Shown: positions 13,689 to 27,850 of the stretch, piece by piece
Numbering within the stretch: the first letter of the stretch is position 1
Layout: every line of letters begins with the position of its first letter
DNA from: Eledone cirrhosa
Lineage: Eukaryota
Assembly (NCBI GenBank): GCA_964016885.1
Contig: OZ024742.1
Location: 245,458,001 to 245,522,000, forward strand
DNA: 64,000 nucleotides
Reading direction: 5' to 3'
Program-made: the position numbers and the translations under genes
Notes under the pieces: model-generated
What the model saw: only the letters and a program-made list of their open reading frames with translations
Told to the model about the DNA's origin: nothing
Databases searched by the model: none

Positions 13689-16639
13689 CTCTCAGGGATA
13701 GCAAGGGAGTTATACTGAAAGAGCCCTTTCAACTTACAGAGCATATTCCATTCCATTGCAAGAACCACAAATTGATCACTAAAACATAGTTTTATTTTCA
13801 TTGTTGTTAGAATGTATAGGAGTATATGGCAAAGTCTTCAAATAACTTTTTAAGCAATAAAAGAATGTTGACATTAGGAAGGGCATCCAGCCATAGAAAA
13901 CTTACCAAACAAAGAGTTGAGAGGATTCTTCAGTTGTGTCAAGGACATGACAACCTACCTAGTGTTGGTACTACAGTAATAAACACCAAGTACACTCTTT
14001 AAAGTAGTTGGTAATAGAAAGGGAATCCAACCATAGAAAACATACCTAACCAAGCTAACAGAAAATAGGCATTAAATGATGATGATGAATGTTATCAACT
14101 TTGCCTTACACCCTTCCAAGATCGTTAAAATAAAGTACCAGTCACATACTGAGGTTGATATAATCAACTTTCCCCTCTCTAAAATTACTGCCATTAAGCC
14201 TAAAGTAGAAATCATTATTATATTGGCAATATCAGTAGAGGGTCGGACGCCATGCTTTGACGCATAGAGTTACGGCCCTTGCCATTCTGAGTTCAAATCC
14301 CGCCGAGGTTAACTTTGCCTTTCATCCTTATGGGGTCGATAAAATAAAGTACTGGGGAATTGCTGACCTTGTGCCAAAAGTAGAAACAATTATATTTTTT
14401 TAAACTACACACAAACACACACACATTAGTAAAGAGAGGGGGGTGAAGAGAAAGAAGAGGGGAGAGAGAGAATGAGGAGAAAGGAGGGAGCAAGTCACAC
14501 ACACATAAACACATATGCAGACTCACATACACACAGACCGACACACACACACGCACACCCGAACATACACTCATACTCTAACACACAAGCAGGCACCACA
14601 CATGCTGACACACTCAATCACATACACAAAGGCTAGTGCAGAGAGAAAGAGGAAAAGAAAGGGGAGAAAGAGGAAGAGATAGAAGAAGAGAGCAAGGAAG
14701 GAGACAGAGAGAGATGGGGGAAGGAGATAGATTGAGAGAAGAAGGAAATAGATAGAGAGGAAGAGAGACAGGAAGGAAATATATTGAGAAAGGAAGAGAG
14801 AGGGGGAAGTGATAGATTGAGAGAAGAAGAGAGACAGGAAGGAAATAGATTGAGAGAGGAAGAGAGAGAGGAGGGAAATAGAGAGAGAGAGGAAGTAAAA
14901 TCAATGATCATTAAAAGAATTTCAGCAGATAACTATAAAAGTTCAGGCTAAAAGCCAAAAAAGCTTTTTGAAAATTCCTTTGTATATCATCATCATCATT
15001 TAGCATCCACTTTCCCTGCTAGCAAGGGTTGGACAGGTCTACATAGACCAATTCAGTATTGAAGCGGAGTTACTGACTTCCCATACCGGCTGAAGTGTCT
15101 GCATACCACTTACATATGGTCAGATTGTGTGCAGAGAAGTTGTATCTTTTGACACAAACTGAAGGGTCCTCTCAACCCCTTGTTTGGCAAGCTTTCTATT
15201 GCTGGATGCCCTTCTTAGCACCATATATATGTATATATATATATGTATATGTATATATATATGTATATATATGTATATATATATACTTATAGAAGATGTG
15301 TGGCTTAGTGGTTAGAGAGTTGCATTTACAGTCGTGAGCTTATGAATTTGATTCCCAGATCAAGCAATGAATTGTGTCCTTGAGCAAGACACTTTATTTT
15401 ATATTGCTCCAGTTCACTTAGCGGTAGAAATGAGTTGCGACATTACTGGGGCCAAGCTGTATCAGCCTTTGTCTTTCCCTTCAACAACATGACGTGTGGA
15501 GAGGGGAGACTGGTATGCATGGGCAACTGCTTGTCTTCCATAAAAACACCTTGCCCAGGCTTGTGCCTTGGAAGGGAACTTTCTAGATGCAAATCCCATG
15601 GTCATTTATGACTGAAGGGGGTCTTTACTTTTTTATATATATATTTGTATATATGATATGTAGGTGGTGAATCAGCAGTTTTTAGAACATTGGACAAAAT
15701 GCTGTCCTAGCTCACTTTGCTCTAAGTTCAAATCCTGCCAAGGCTGATAAAAAAAGTACCTGTCCAGTCAGTACTTCCTCAGCATCTCTTTTTAACTTTT
15801 CTTTTCTTTCCCCCTAACAATATTCAGACATGAAGAAGGATGGGCTTTGCCAGGTTTTAAAAATGCCCATGATACAGTGTATGTAAGGATGGTGCCCCTA
15901 CAACTCCATCAGCAGTTACATCATCATCATCATCATCATCATTTAACATCCATCTTCCACGCTAGCATGGGTTAGACGGGAGTTGTCCCAATTTGAGGCA
16001 AGGTTGGTCAGGTGACCGTGTCTCGCTCATATAGGACTATCTGGCAGGTTTTCTATGGCTGGATGCCCTTCCTAATACCAACCACATTTACAGTGTGGAC
16101 TGGGAGCTTTTTACCGTGTTACCTACACGGCCACATTACAGCGTGGACTGTGTGTTTTTTTTGTCGTGACACCTACACGATCCCGATCCTGATCTCGTTA
16201 TCTCATTTATTTGGACTGGATGTTGTGCTACCAACTTTACAGAGGGAGGTGTTGGTGGGAATGGGAGGATGGAGTAGGGGTAGCGGATTTGGGTGTATAT
16301 TTGGTTAAGAGGAACCTACTGACTGTAGGTTTCGCTTTGTACATAGGCAAGGTGGGTCTTCTGTATTACTGCATGGCACCAAAGATCTCGGTCCAGTGAC
16401 ATTGTCTTAGAGAGGTGCAAGTGTGTAAGGTCTGAATTTATCAAATCGTCGCAGGTTTTTCTGGGTCTACCTACTCCATAACTTCCATCAATTTTGATCG
16501 CCCTGCACTTTTTTATACAGCTGTCATCTTTCATGCACAGCTTAATACAAATATGTATATGATATGTATATATGATATTGTATTATCTTCTTGGTTATTC
16601 CATCAGGGCCAGTTGGCTCTAGTTGTGATGGGAAGACAG

Positions 16640-17150
16640 CTGCATTGAGGCTCCTTCTTATGATGTTGTTCAGAGCAACCTCAATTGTGAATTTGGTAAG
16701 CGCCCTAATGGAATATCCCTCTTTTTATTTGAGAGAGATAAATCCCTAATCTGGGTCACAGCATGCTGCTAATTGTTCTCTGCCTCCAGCTATGTTGCTT
16801 CAGCCACAAACTTAGGCACTGCTGCCTGCAATGCTGAGGAGAGGAAAATAGCTAAACACCAGGGCCTGGCTGACCACTTCGTTTTTGTAACAGTCACCAT
16901 CGAAACTTCAGGTGTCCTTGGTCCCCAGACTGCTGATTCATGTACCAGTCACCATCAAAACCTCAGATGTCCTCAGTGCCCACACTACTGATTCACTCTG
17001 TAATATCAAAAAGACAGCAGCCTGCCTGTGGAAGGAGACCTATGAAATGGGGTGACTATTGCAGTAGGTATCATAGGTCATTCTCTACAGCAATGGTGTT
17101 GTCATTTTATCTACATGTGCAGCTGAACACCACTCAGACTGGAGTGTAGA
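16640..17150 (+). mobile_element. CRE-like non-LTR retrotransposon 3' fragment (restriction-like endonuclease)
   Basis: AEERKIAKHQGL..FVTVTIETSGVLGP, similar to 54176-54400 and 55500-55800. Confidence 0.6.
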
Positions 17151-17600
17151 GTCTATTACTCCTTCACTACTCTCCCTTTCTTTCGTTGCTTAATTCTTTT
17201 TTTCTTTTTCTTCTTTTCCTTTCTATCTTTTTTTTTTTGTTTCCCTATTGCCATGTTTATTTTACAGTTTTTATCCCATTTTCCATTTAGTTTAATTGAA
17301 ATATGACATCTTAGTTAAGGACAGACATGAGTGGTTCATGGGAAGTAGTAATATTACTTCCAACTAATTGCAATGTATTTATTTATTTATTTACATTTTT
17401 AAGAATTACAGCACGAAACTCATTTTAATCATTAACAAAAATCACAGAGGCTGTTATCTTTACTTTATATTTATCATTTATTGCAGTGGAACTGTGTCAG
17501 TGACCAGGTAGCACCCAGTGTGATGAAAACTTTGACATTAAGAAATAAATGATATATATGTTATGTAATGAATTTAACAGCTTCTGTGTTTCTGAATGTC

Positions 17601-18700
17601 TAAAATGACTTCCATGTTATAATCCCTTTAGTTTCAACACACAGTCACAAATCAAATCACTTGTTAGACAAGTACAACAGGGGCTAAAATGACTCTTCCA
17701 TGTTATAATCCCTTTAGTTTCAACACACAATCACAAATCAAATCACTTGTTAGACAAGTACAACAGGGGCTAAAATGACTCTTCCATGTTATAATCCCTT
17801 TAGTTTCAACACACAATCACAGATCAAGTCACTTGTTAGACAAGTACAACTGGTTAAAATGACTCTTCCATGTTATAATCCCTTTAGTTTCAACACACAA
17901 TCACAGATCAAGTCACTTGTTAGACAAGTACAACTGGTTAAAATGACTCTTCCATGTTATAATCCCTTTAGTTTCAACACACAATCACAGATCAAGTCAC
18001 TTGTTAGACAAGTACAACTGGTTAAAATGACTCTTCCATGTTATAATCCCTTTAGTTTCAACACACAATCACAGATCAAGTCACTTGTTAGACAAGTACA
18101 ACTGGTTAAAATGACTCTTCCATGTTATAATCCCTTTAGTTTCAACACACAATCACAGATCAAGTCACTTGTTAGACAAGTACAACTGGTTAAAATGACT
18201 CTTCCATGTTATAATCCCTTTAGTTTCAACACACAATCACAGATTAAGTCACTTGTTAGACAAGTACAACTGGTTAAAATGACTCTTCCATGTTATAATC
18301 CCTTTAGTTTCAACACACAATCACAGATCAAGTCACTTGTTAGACAAGTACAACTGGTTAAAATGACTCTTCCATGTTATAATCCCTTTAGTTTCAACAC
18401 ACAATCACAGATCAAGTCACTTGTTAGACAAGTACAACTGGTTAAAATGACTCTTCCATGTTATAATCCCTTTAGTTTTAACACACAATCACAGATTAAG
18501 TCACTTGTTAGACAAGTACAACTGGTTAAAATGACTCGTCCATGTTATAATCCCTTTAATGTCAACACACAATCACAAATCAAGTCACTCTCCAGACAAG
18601 TACAACTGTGGCTAAAATGACTCTGCTATGTTATAACAGCTTTTTTTTCAACACACAATCACAGATCAAGTCACTTGTCATATAAGTAAAACTGTGGATA
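17601..18700. repeat. Minisatellite, about 13 copies of an 84-86 bp unit
   Basis: Unit aaatgactcttccatgttataatccctttagtttcaacacacaatcacagatcaagtcacttgttagacaagtacaactggtta; near-identical core copies, diverged edge copies. Confidence 0.95.
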
Positions 18701-20089
18701 TATTATGTTTAGATTCATTTTAAACTATTTATGTTCATTGCCCTGCTTTGGAATTGTTAAATCTGACATTAACTTATATCAGAGACATTTGTTTAAATAA
18801 ACATTTTTTTTACGCATTATATTTATCGTAGTTTAGCTCTGAATGCCAGTTAAAATATGAGTTGGAATATTATATGTATAATATTGCTTGTTTTATCAGA
18901 ATCCATTAACACAATCAAATCCTTCTGCGTAGTAAAACAATAGATTCATTGTCACTATTACAGAAGTTTGCCTTAGAAATTTTGCTTATTAAAGTGAGGT
19001 ATCAGTTTCAACACAAAGGCATTTGGTTTTTATCAATCTAACTTAAACAGTAGGATATATATACCCAGAGTTTCTCTGGGTATTTAGTAGTCTAGGTTAG
19101 CTCTACAATGTATACCCCATTCTCCTACACACAACTCCAGATTACCCTGTCACACAAAAGAAAAAAGAAAAGTACCTTCTTCAAGTGTTGAGAAATATAA
19201 GTATTAACATAGAGAACCCTCTCTATGTTTAGATATCATATACTTAATATAACAATATATCATATACAAATATTATATACATAAGTTGTGTGTAGATAGC
19301 CCGAGCCAGCACCTTAAAAAAATAGCATTTGGCACCTTAATATAAATAAAATTATTGTAAGATTAAAAAGAAATACGATTTGGCCTATTATTTAGAGGGC
19401 GGTGGATTGATAGTATCGGTAGAAGGTCGGTCGCCATTCTTTGCAGCAAAGAGTTACTGCCCTTTATGGTCTGAGTTCAAATCCCACCGAGGTTAACTTT
19501 GCTTTTCATCCTTAAGGGGTTGATAAAATAAAGTACCAGTAATACACTGGGATAATCGCTGGCCTTATGCCAAAAGTAGAAACAATTATTTAGAGATTGC
19601 CATGTCATACCATGGGCCCTTAACATGGAGGCACCATCGTTACAAATGGTGTATCTTGGGCATTTAAACTTGATGGAGCCCATTCCTTTCTATGTCAGAA
19701 CATAGTCGGTTTCTTTCCACAGAGAGAGAGAGAGAGAGGAGAAAAATCTACCCTGGTAATTGAACTTTTACTTTATTTATCAAACCTCAAAAAGCATGAA
19801 AAGCAAAATTGACTAGGATTTGAACAGAGCACATATGAACTACAAAACCTTTTTTCCAATGTTCTAAAGACTCCATCACTTTTCTGCCTAATTTAAAGAT
19901 TGGGAAATGTTAAAAAAAAAAAGTAACATAAAACAAAAACACAACAGGAAAATTTGATATATATATAAAGAAATCTATACAAGATTTTGGAATTAGATGC
20001 ATTTAAAGTTAGTTTTCTGTATATATATATATGTATGTATATCATCATCATCATTTTACATCCGCTTTTCCCTGCTTGCAAGGGTGGGA

Positions 20090-20121
<32 letters not shown>

Positions 20122-20892
20122 TTAGATATAGAGTTGAGGAATTTTGAATAAAAAATTTTAATTATATAGTAAAATAAAGATTTTTTAAATTCTAAAATAA
20201 GTGGCTGAACTAATTAAGTACGAGCTTAAAAGTTGCATTCTCTCTCTCTCTCTATTATATATATATATATATATACAATATTAAATAAATGGAAACTATA
20301 TTTATAAAACCATATTTATTTCATTATATATATTTCAGGGATAACATATTAACAATATGCTATGCCGTTTCGGACGATAGATAGATTTGGAATTGGAAAA
20401 AATGTCTTTAGATAAAAATAACAGATCCATCATCATCATCATCATCATCATCGTTTAACGTCCATGTTCCACGCTTGCATGGGTTTGGACGGGAGTTTAC
20501 CCACTTGAGGCAAGAGTGGTTGTCTTGCTCGCGTAGGACTGTCTGGCGGGTTTTTTACAGTTGGATGCCCTTCCTAACACCAACCACATTTACAGTGTGG
20601 GGCTAGGAAGTTTTTACCGTGTTGCCTACACGGCCACATTACAGCATGGACTGTCTGGCGGGTTTTCTACAGCTGGATGTCTTTCCTAACACCAACCACA
20701 TTTACAGTGTGGGACTGGGAGCTTTTTACCGTGTTGCCTACACGGTCACATTACAGCGTGGACTGTGTGTTTTTTTGTTGTGACACCTACACGATCTCAT
20801 TTGTTTCGGCCTGGATTTTGTGGCACCAATATAACTTTACATTGAAAGGGGCGGTGTGGATGTATATGTATGTATATATGTATATATATGTA

Positions 20893-20935
<43 letters not shown>

Positions 20936-21084
20936 TGCAAGCGACGTAAAATGATGATGATGATGATATATATATATTGTTATACTTGGGGAGGGTCATA
21001 TTTGTGTAATATTGCCAGAATTAATAACAGAACACACTCACTATATGTATGTATGTATGTATGTATATATATATATATATGGAT

Positions 21085-22929
21085 CCACATGGCTTAGTGG
21101 TTAGAGCATTGGCCTTGCAATCGAAAGGTTGTGAGTTCAATTCTCAGACCGGGTGATGTGTTGTTTCCTTGAGCAAGACACTTTATTTCACATTGCTCCA
21201 GTTTACTCAGCTGTAGAAATGAGACGATAGGGACTGGGGTCCCTATCATTCCACTGTAAAGTGGTCGTGGAGGTACCATGGCAAAAAAGCACCCAGCACT
21301 CACTGTAAATGAGGTTGGTGTTAGGAAGGGCATCCAGCTGTAGAAATCAAGCCAGCATCAGTCCCCGTCCCACTCTTGCAAGCAGGGAAAAAGCGGATGT
21401 AAAAATGAAATGATGATATATATATATCCATCATTATCATTTTACGTCCGCTTTTCCCTGCTTGCAAGGGTGGCTTGATTTCTACAGCTGGATGCCCTTC
21501 CTAGCACCAACCTCATTTACAGTGAGTGCTGGGTGCTTTTTTGCCATGGCACCTCCACAACTACTTTGCAGTGGAATGATATGGACCCCAGTCCCTATCA
21601 TCTCATTTCTACAGCTGAGTAAACTGGAGCAATGTGAAATAGAGTGTCTTGCTCAAGGAAACAACACATCACCCGGTCTGAGAATTGAACGCACAACATA
21701 TACATATATATAGATGGAGGCACATGGCTTAGTGGTTAGAGCATTGGGCTTGCAATCGAAAGGTTGTGAGTTCAATTCTCAGACAGGGTGATGTGTTGTT
21801 TCCTTGAGCAAGACACTTTATTTCACATTGCTCCAGTTTACTCAGCTGTAGAAATGAGATGATAGGACTGGGGTCCCTATCATTCCACTGCAAAGTGGTC
21901 GTGGAGGTGCCACGGCAAAAAAGCACCCAGCCCACATTGTAAAGTGGACGTGTAGGTGTCACTGAAAAAAAGCACCCAGCACTCACTGTAAATGAGATTG
22001 GTGTTAGGAAAGGCATCCAGCTGTAGAAATCAAGCCAGAATCAGTTACCGACCCACCCTTGCAAGCAGAGAAAAGCGGGCGTGAAATGGTGATGATATAC
22101 ATATATATACATATATATATATACATATATATATATACATATATATACATATATATATATATAATATATATCACAAAAAAAAGAGAATCAGTGTTGCGAC
22201 AAAAGGAATTTATTGGACATATTACAATTGTTCCTCGGGCGACCATCTCGAGGCACGATCAATATTGTGATCACACCTGACTCTGAAATCGCGCGTTCAT
22301 CGGATACGTCTCGATTCTACGAAGCATATTTTCCTATCGTCCTCTAACATCGAATTTCTTCGTTTGTTGTTTTAGATCTTGTTGTTGTCATTTCATGAGT
22401 GGTCAAGAATTCTACACGTCATCGGTATTTCTGGCCACTCATGATTGCCCACTTCTTGATTCTTCTCGTTCTCCACCTGTCAATCAAAATTTCTTCATGT
22501 ATCAGAATTACTACTGTGGTGGGAGAGGGGCTGTAATCTTGAACGGCTAGCAACACCAATTATATAATATATATATATATATATATATCATCATCATCAT
22601 CATCATCATCATTTTTACATCCACTTTTCCCTGCTTGCAAGGGTGGGACGGGAACTGATTCTGGCTTGATTTCTACAGCTGGATGCCCTTCCTAACACCA
22701 ACCTCATTTACAGTGAGTGCTGGGTGCTTTTTGCCGTGACACCTACACGACCACTTTGCAGTGGACTGATAGGGACCCCAGTCCCTATCATCTCATTTCT
22801 ACAGCTGAGTAAACTGGAGCAATGTGAAATAAAATGTCTTGCTCAAGGAAACAACACATCACCCGGTGAATTGAACCTTTCGATTGCAAGGTCAATGCGC
22901 CAATGCTCTAACCACTAAGCCATGTGCCT

Positions 22930-22930
<1 letters not shown>
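21085..22930. mobile_element. Cluster of four tRNA/CORE-like SINEs in alternating orientation (+,-,+,-)
   Basis: ggcttagtggttagagc..gagttcaattc..tttccttgagcaagacactttatttcac at 21085(+), 21425-21700(-), 21720(+), 22590-22930(-); related copies at 9783, 15295, 41415, 48975, 63450. Confidence 0.8.
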
Positions 22931-22971
<41 letters not shown>

Positions 22972-23145
22972 AAATGTGGTTGTAAATGTGGTTGGTGTTA
23001 GGAAGGGCATCCAGCTGTAGAAAACCCGCCAGACAGTCCTATGCAAGCAAGACAATCACTCTTGCCTCAAGTGGGAAAACTCCCGTCCAAACCCATGCAA
23101 GCGTGGAACACGGACGTTAAACGATGATGATGATGATGATGATGA

Positions 23146-23183
<38 letters not shown>

Positions 23184-23327
23184 TTTCAAGTGAATTATAA
23201 CTTCCTCCTTTCTTTACGCCTGAGCCAGGCCCAGTTCACAACTGTAAAGAAGTCAACAATATCTTTTGCATTTGCATTTTTTTATTCTATGTCCATACCT
23301 GCATTGTTTGGCTTTAGAAATTCAAAC

Positions 23328-23408
<81 letters not shown>

Positions 23409-23439
23409 ATTAGAAATTGAACAACACAAAATATAACTA

Positions 23440-23509
23440 CTCCATTACCAAAGGTTTCTCGATCACAGATGATAATAATATGTACATCTGGATCAGTCAT
23501 CAGACAGAG
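23440..23509 (-). ncRNA. Type I hammerhead ribozyme inside a short inverted element (23405-23630)
   Basis: CTCTGT-CTGATGA-ctGATC CAGATG..CATCTG tGATCga-GAAA-CC ttt GG-TA-ATGGAG; GUA triplet. Confidence 0.65.
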
Positions 23510-23779
23510 ATGTTATATAACCTCTCTGTTATATAACATCTCTGACGTATATATTATTATTGTCTGTGATCCAGAAACCTTTGGTAATGGAGTAGTTATA
23601 TTTTGTGTTGTTCACTTTCTAATTAAATAGCTCTGTTCTATACATAGAGCACTCTTTTTTAATTTGCTTTTCCTTCGGAATTACCTAACATATATATATA
23701 TATATATATATAACAGAGGATGTCTGTCTGTGTAAATCCCTAAAACTCGAGAAGTACCCGACCGATGTTTTTCAAACAT

Positions 23780-25110
23780 AAGAATAAGTACTTAGGCATT
23801 CTAGAAACAGACCAAATGAAAGAAAAGGAAATTAAAAGAACTTTTATCAAAGGAATATAAATGGAGACTGAAGTTGTTGTTAAAGACGAAGGTAAGTAGT
23901 AGGAATAATATACTGGCTCTCAACACATGGGCTGTTGCAGTACTAAGGTATAGCGCTGGTGTGATAGAGTGGAGATATGATGAAGTTAAGGAGATTGATA
24001 GAAAAACCAGGAAAATTATGATATTACAAGGAGCTCTACACCCCAAAAGTGACATGAGCAGGTTGTTTCTCTCACGACAGGGGTCAGAGAGAAAGGTCTC
24101 ATTAGCTGTGAAATGTGAAGTCGGAGGAAAATAATCTGGCATGGTAAGTAAAGAATTCAAAGGAAAGATTGATGATAGGAATAAGAAAGATAAAGGTCCT
24201 AAACAGTGATGAAGCAAAGGAAAAGGGAGAATTTAAACAAGACAGACAGAATGACACATTGAATAGATAGAAAGAAATGTATGGTCAATTCTTACGTGAA
24301 ATGCTTGAGACAGTTGACTGGGAATAAAATAGGAAAAGTGACTTAAAAGTTGAAACTGAGGCCCAGCAACAGGCACTGAGAATGAACTATATCAAGTTCA
24401 ATATTGACAAGTCAGTGAATTCCCCACTTTGTAGGTTGTGTAGTAAGAAAGGTGAAATAATAAACTACATTATTAGTGAATGTAAGATGCTTGCTCAGAA
24501 AGAGTACAAGAGAAGGCACAACAACATTGCCAGATTAGCTCATTGGGCGCTCTTTCATAAGTATGACATGAGTAGAAGTGAGAAATGGTATAAACACCAA
24601 CAAGAAAGGGTTGCTGAAAATGAACAGTAAAAAATCTTGTGGGACATAACCATTCAATGCAACCATTTTATCATGGCTAGAAAGCCTGACATTGTTGTCA
24701 TAGAAAAAAAGAATAACAAGGCACGTATTATGGATATTGCTTCACTGTGGGATCACTGGATGAATGAGAAGGAAATGGAGAAAGTTGAGAAATACCAGGA
24801 GCTGAAGAGAGAAATCAGAAAACTGGGGACAATTAGATTGTAGAAGTGGTACTGATTATGTTTCGCGCACTGGGAGCAGCTAGTAAAAGGTTAGATGCAT
24901 AGCTTGAGCAGCTAGGAAAGGACAGGATTGTTGCAGAAAATAGCTTTGCTAGGAATAGCAAGGATTCTAAGGAGGGTGTTGGAAAGTTGGAGAAGAAGGA
25001 ATGACCCAAAGGACCTTTGGCCATTGTCTATGGCTCGCTCTTTGGGTATAATGTCGGTATAATATCTGCCAGAGCAAAAGTGTTACGAATAATAACAATA
25101 ATAATAATAA
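23780..25110 (+). mobile_element. R4/Dong-clade non-LTR retrotransposon, 3' part, degenerate
   Basis: ALNTWAVAVLRYSAG, CRLC..IISECKMLAQKEYKRRHN, WDITIQ..RKPDIVV, EKVEKYQEL; (AAT)n tail. Confidence 0.85.
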
Positions 25111-25909
25111 TTTTATATATATATAAGTATATATATGTATATATATATACACATATATATACATATATGTTTTATTAATAATAAAACAAAAATAATATTC
25201 GGCTAAAATATATTTTATAACACCCCTAAAAAATGTTTCTCCTCAGTAAAGAATTTTACACATATGTATCATCTATCAACAATATGACACATGTACACTT
25301 CAGTATTGTTTAATAAAATGGAGGTTCTCTGATCATTATTTTACAAATGTATTTATCTTTTTTAAAAAATTCATATTAGTGGTCCTTGGGATTTAAAATT
25401 AAGAATTTAGTGGTCCATAAGGTCCGACAGGCTGTGACCGCTGTCCTAGATAGCAGAAGCTGACCTGAATGGGATCAGGGTCTTATCTCCTTTCCTACAC
25501 ACTAGCACTTTAGTTTTATCCAAGTTTACTCTCAGACCTTTTGATTCCAAATTCCGTTTCCATAGACAGAATTTATTCTCTAATTCTTTTATGGATTTGG
25601 CTATCTATATATCTAAAACAGACAATGTCTGTCTGTCTGTCTCCCTAAAACTCGAGAACCACCCAACCGATTGTTTTCAAACTTTACACATGTAATACTT
25701 ATTTCAAATTTTCAATGCCCTAGGGACTGCATTAGGCGATTTAGTGATCTCTCTCTATAATTCTTAGTCTTTCTTTTTAGATAGATACATAGATATAACG
25801 TTGCACCCTTATAATATCTGTCTGTATGTCTGGCTGTATGCATTACAACATTATGACACTGTGTGTGTGTATATATGTATATATAGTGTGTGTATATATA
25901 TATAGTGTG

Positions 25910-26160
25910 TAACGTTTTTCAAAATATTTACTTCTGCATTCACACACAGATTGATTTTTTTAGTTTCAGAAGACTCTGTTAAGAGTGAAAGTAGCGATTC
26001 TGTTATTTAATCTGTTATTTTAATATATATATATAATTATATATTCGTGTACAGATATTTTTGCATACACAATAACAAAATATAAACAAACATTTTTATT
26101 TCACGAGGCTCGATAAGTATAAATATATATCAAATATATAAGAACCCTAGAGCAAATATT
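25910..26160. mobile_element. Short degenerate inverted 3' end of PLE family A
   Basis: tagtttcagaagactctgttaagagtgaaag on plus, ggctcgataag..agagcaaatatt on the opposite arm. Confidence 0.6.
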
Positions 26161-26439
26161 GTTCTCATTGCTGATGAGGCAGAAGGGGATATACACGATT
26201 GGTTGAAGAAGGACGAGACTGTGTTAGTAGTACGACCAATGGCCGTTATCATACCAACAGCAGCAAAAACAACAAAAAAGAGAGGGAACGCAATTACATG
26301 GTTTTGAAAAACCTTAATGGAAAATTATTTGCCTCTTCACCCAAGGCGACTTCACTTTTTATTAGGACTTCTGCATCAATTGGTGAACATACGACAAAAC
26401 TGTTTTAGAAAGGAGGGATAAACATGCCAATCTATGTTT

Positions 26440-27850
26440 AGAATCCCGAGCAACGCCAAGCCATTCTGCTAGTAAGGACTAAATCCTCTGCATAGAGAAG
26501 TTCCCATGGATAGCCAAGTTTAAACTTCTCTGTTATGGCCTGGAGAACTATGATGAACATAAGTGAGCTAAGAACCGAACCTTGATGGACTCCTACCTGT
26601 ATCTTGAATTCCTCACTAAACTCACTTCCTACTCTCACTTTACTGACAGCTCCTCTGTACATGGCTTGCACAAGCCATTATTCTACACCTAATTTCCTTA
26701 AGGACCACCAGATAATAGATCGAGGCACTCTGTCAAAGGCCTTTTCTAGATCAACAAAAGCTATATATGGTGGCTTATTCTTGGCTAGGAACTTCTCTTC
26801 TAGTTGCCTCATTAAGAAGAAGGCATCTGTAGTACTTTTCCCAGGCATGAAACCAAACTGCATCTTGTCTAATTTGACTCTTTCTCTAATTAGTTGTGCT
26901 ATAACTCTTTCCATCACTTTCATAACTTGGTCAATTAGTTTTATTCCTCTGTAGTTGTTCCTTTCTAGAGCATCACCTTTGCCTTTAGAGCAAGTTATGA
27001 TTGTACTGCTTCACCAGTCATTGGGTATGACACTGTTCTGTATTACCTGATTGACTATGCAGGTTATTTGTTCAACACCTACTTTTCCTGATGCTTTTGG
27101 CATCTCAACAACTATTTCTGATGGTCCCACAGCTTTACAATTCTTCATCTCTCTGATTTCTTCTTTGACCTTATAACTGTCAACTTCAATAGCTGGTCCT
27201 TCTGTTGGGTAAGTTGGAGGTAGTTTCTCTTCCTCCCATTCATTCTCTACATTCATCAATCTCTCATTGTAACATTTCCAGGCCTCCTTCTTTTGGGTGT
27301 CAGTGGTGCTAAGTGCACCAGTGTCATTTCTAACATATGTTTCCCCAACAATATCTCAATTTACACTAACACACTGCCTTGCAATGTGAAACACTTCCCG
27401 TCTCTGGTTCTCACATCTCAAGTAATTGGCAAACTTTCTTTTTTCAGTCTCCAAGCTGTATATACCTGTCTTCTAGCTTCTATCTTAATTGCCTGCTACC
27501 AGCTGCTGCTACCCCCATTTTTTCAGTCTTTCTTTTCCTCTCTCTTGGCCTTAATGGCTCTATCCACTGTGCTGTTCTACCACCAGGTCTCCCTCTGTCT
27601 GGTTGGCACTTTACTCTAGCTACAAGTTTCGTCAGTAGTTTGCAAAAGGTTTGTCAAGTAGGAATTTCCAGTTGTCCTCTATGTTATATGTACCTAGCTC
27701 GTCGCCCCTCTCATCTACTGCATCCTGTAGGGCCTTTTAAATTCTATATTTAACTGAAAGGTCCTTTAGCTTCCAAAACCTCTGTTTCCATATTTTCCTA
27801 TGTATCTTGTTCTGTCTTGTGTTTATTTTGATGTCGCTAATAACTAACAT
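26440..27850 (-). mobile_element. RTE (BovB-like) LINE internal fragment with RT domain
   Basis: KVMERVI..QFGFMPGKSTTDA..FVDLEKAFDRVPR, GVHQGSVLS, ELLYAEDLVL; stops and frameshifts; small related piece at 13175-13320 (+). Confidence 0.9.

Noticed and set aside
17601-18700. CRISPR-like array or repeat-protein gene
   Set aside because: Units are contiguous with no variable spacers, there are no cas genes and the context is eukaryotic; the ORF follows from a unit length divisible by three
21088-21160. tRNA genes
   Set aside because: tRNA-like A/B boxes are SINE heads that continue into CORE- or Nin-like bodies
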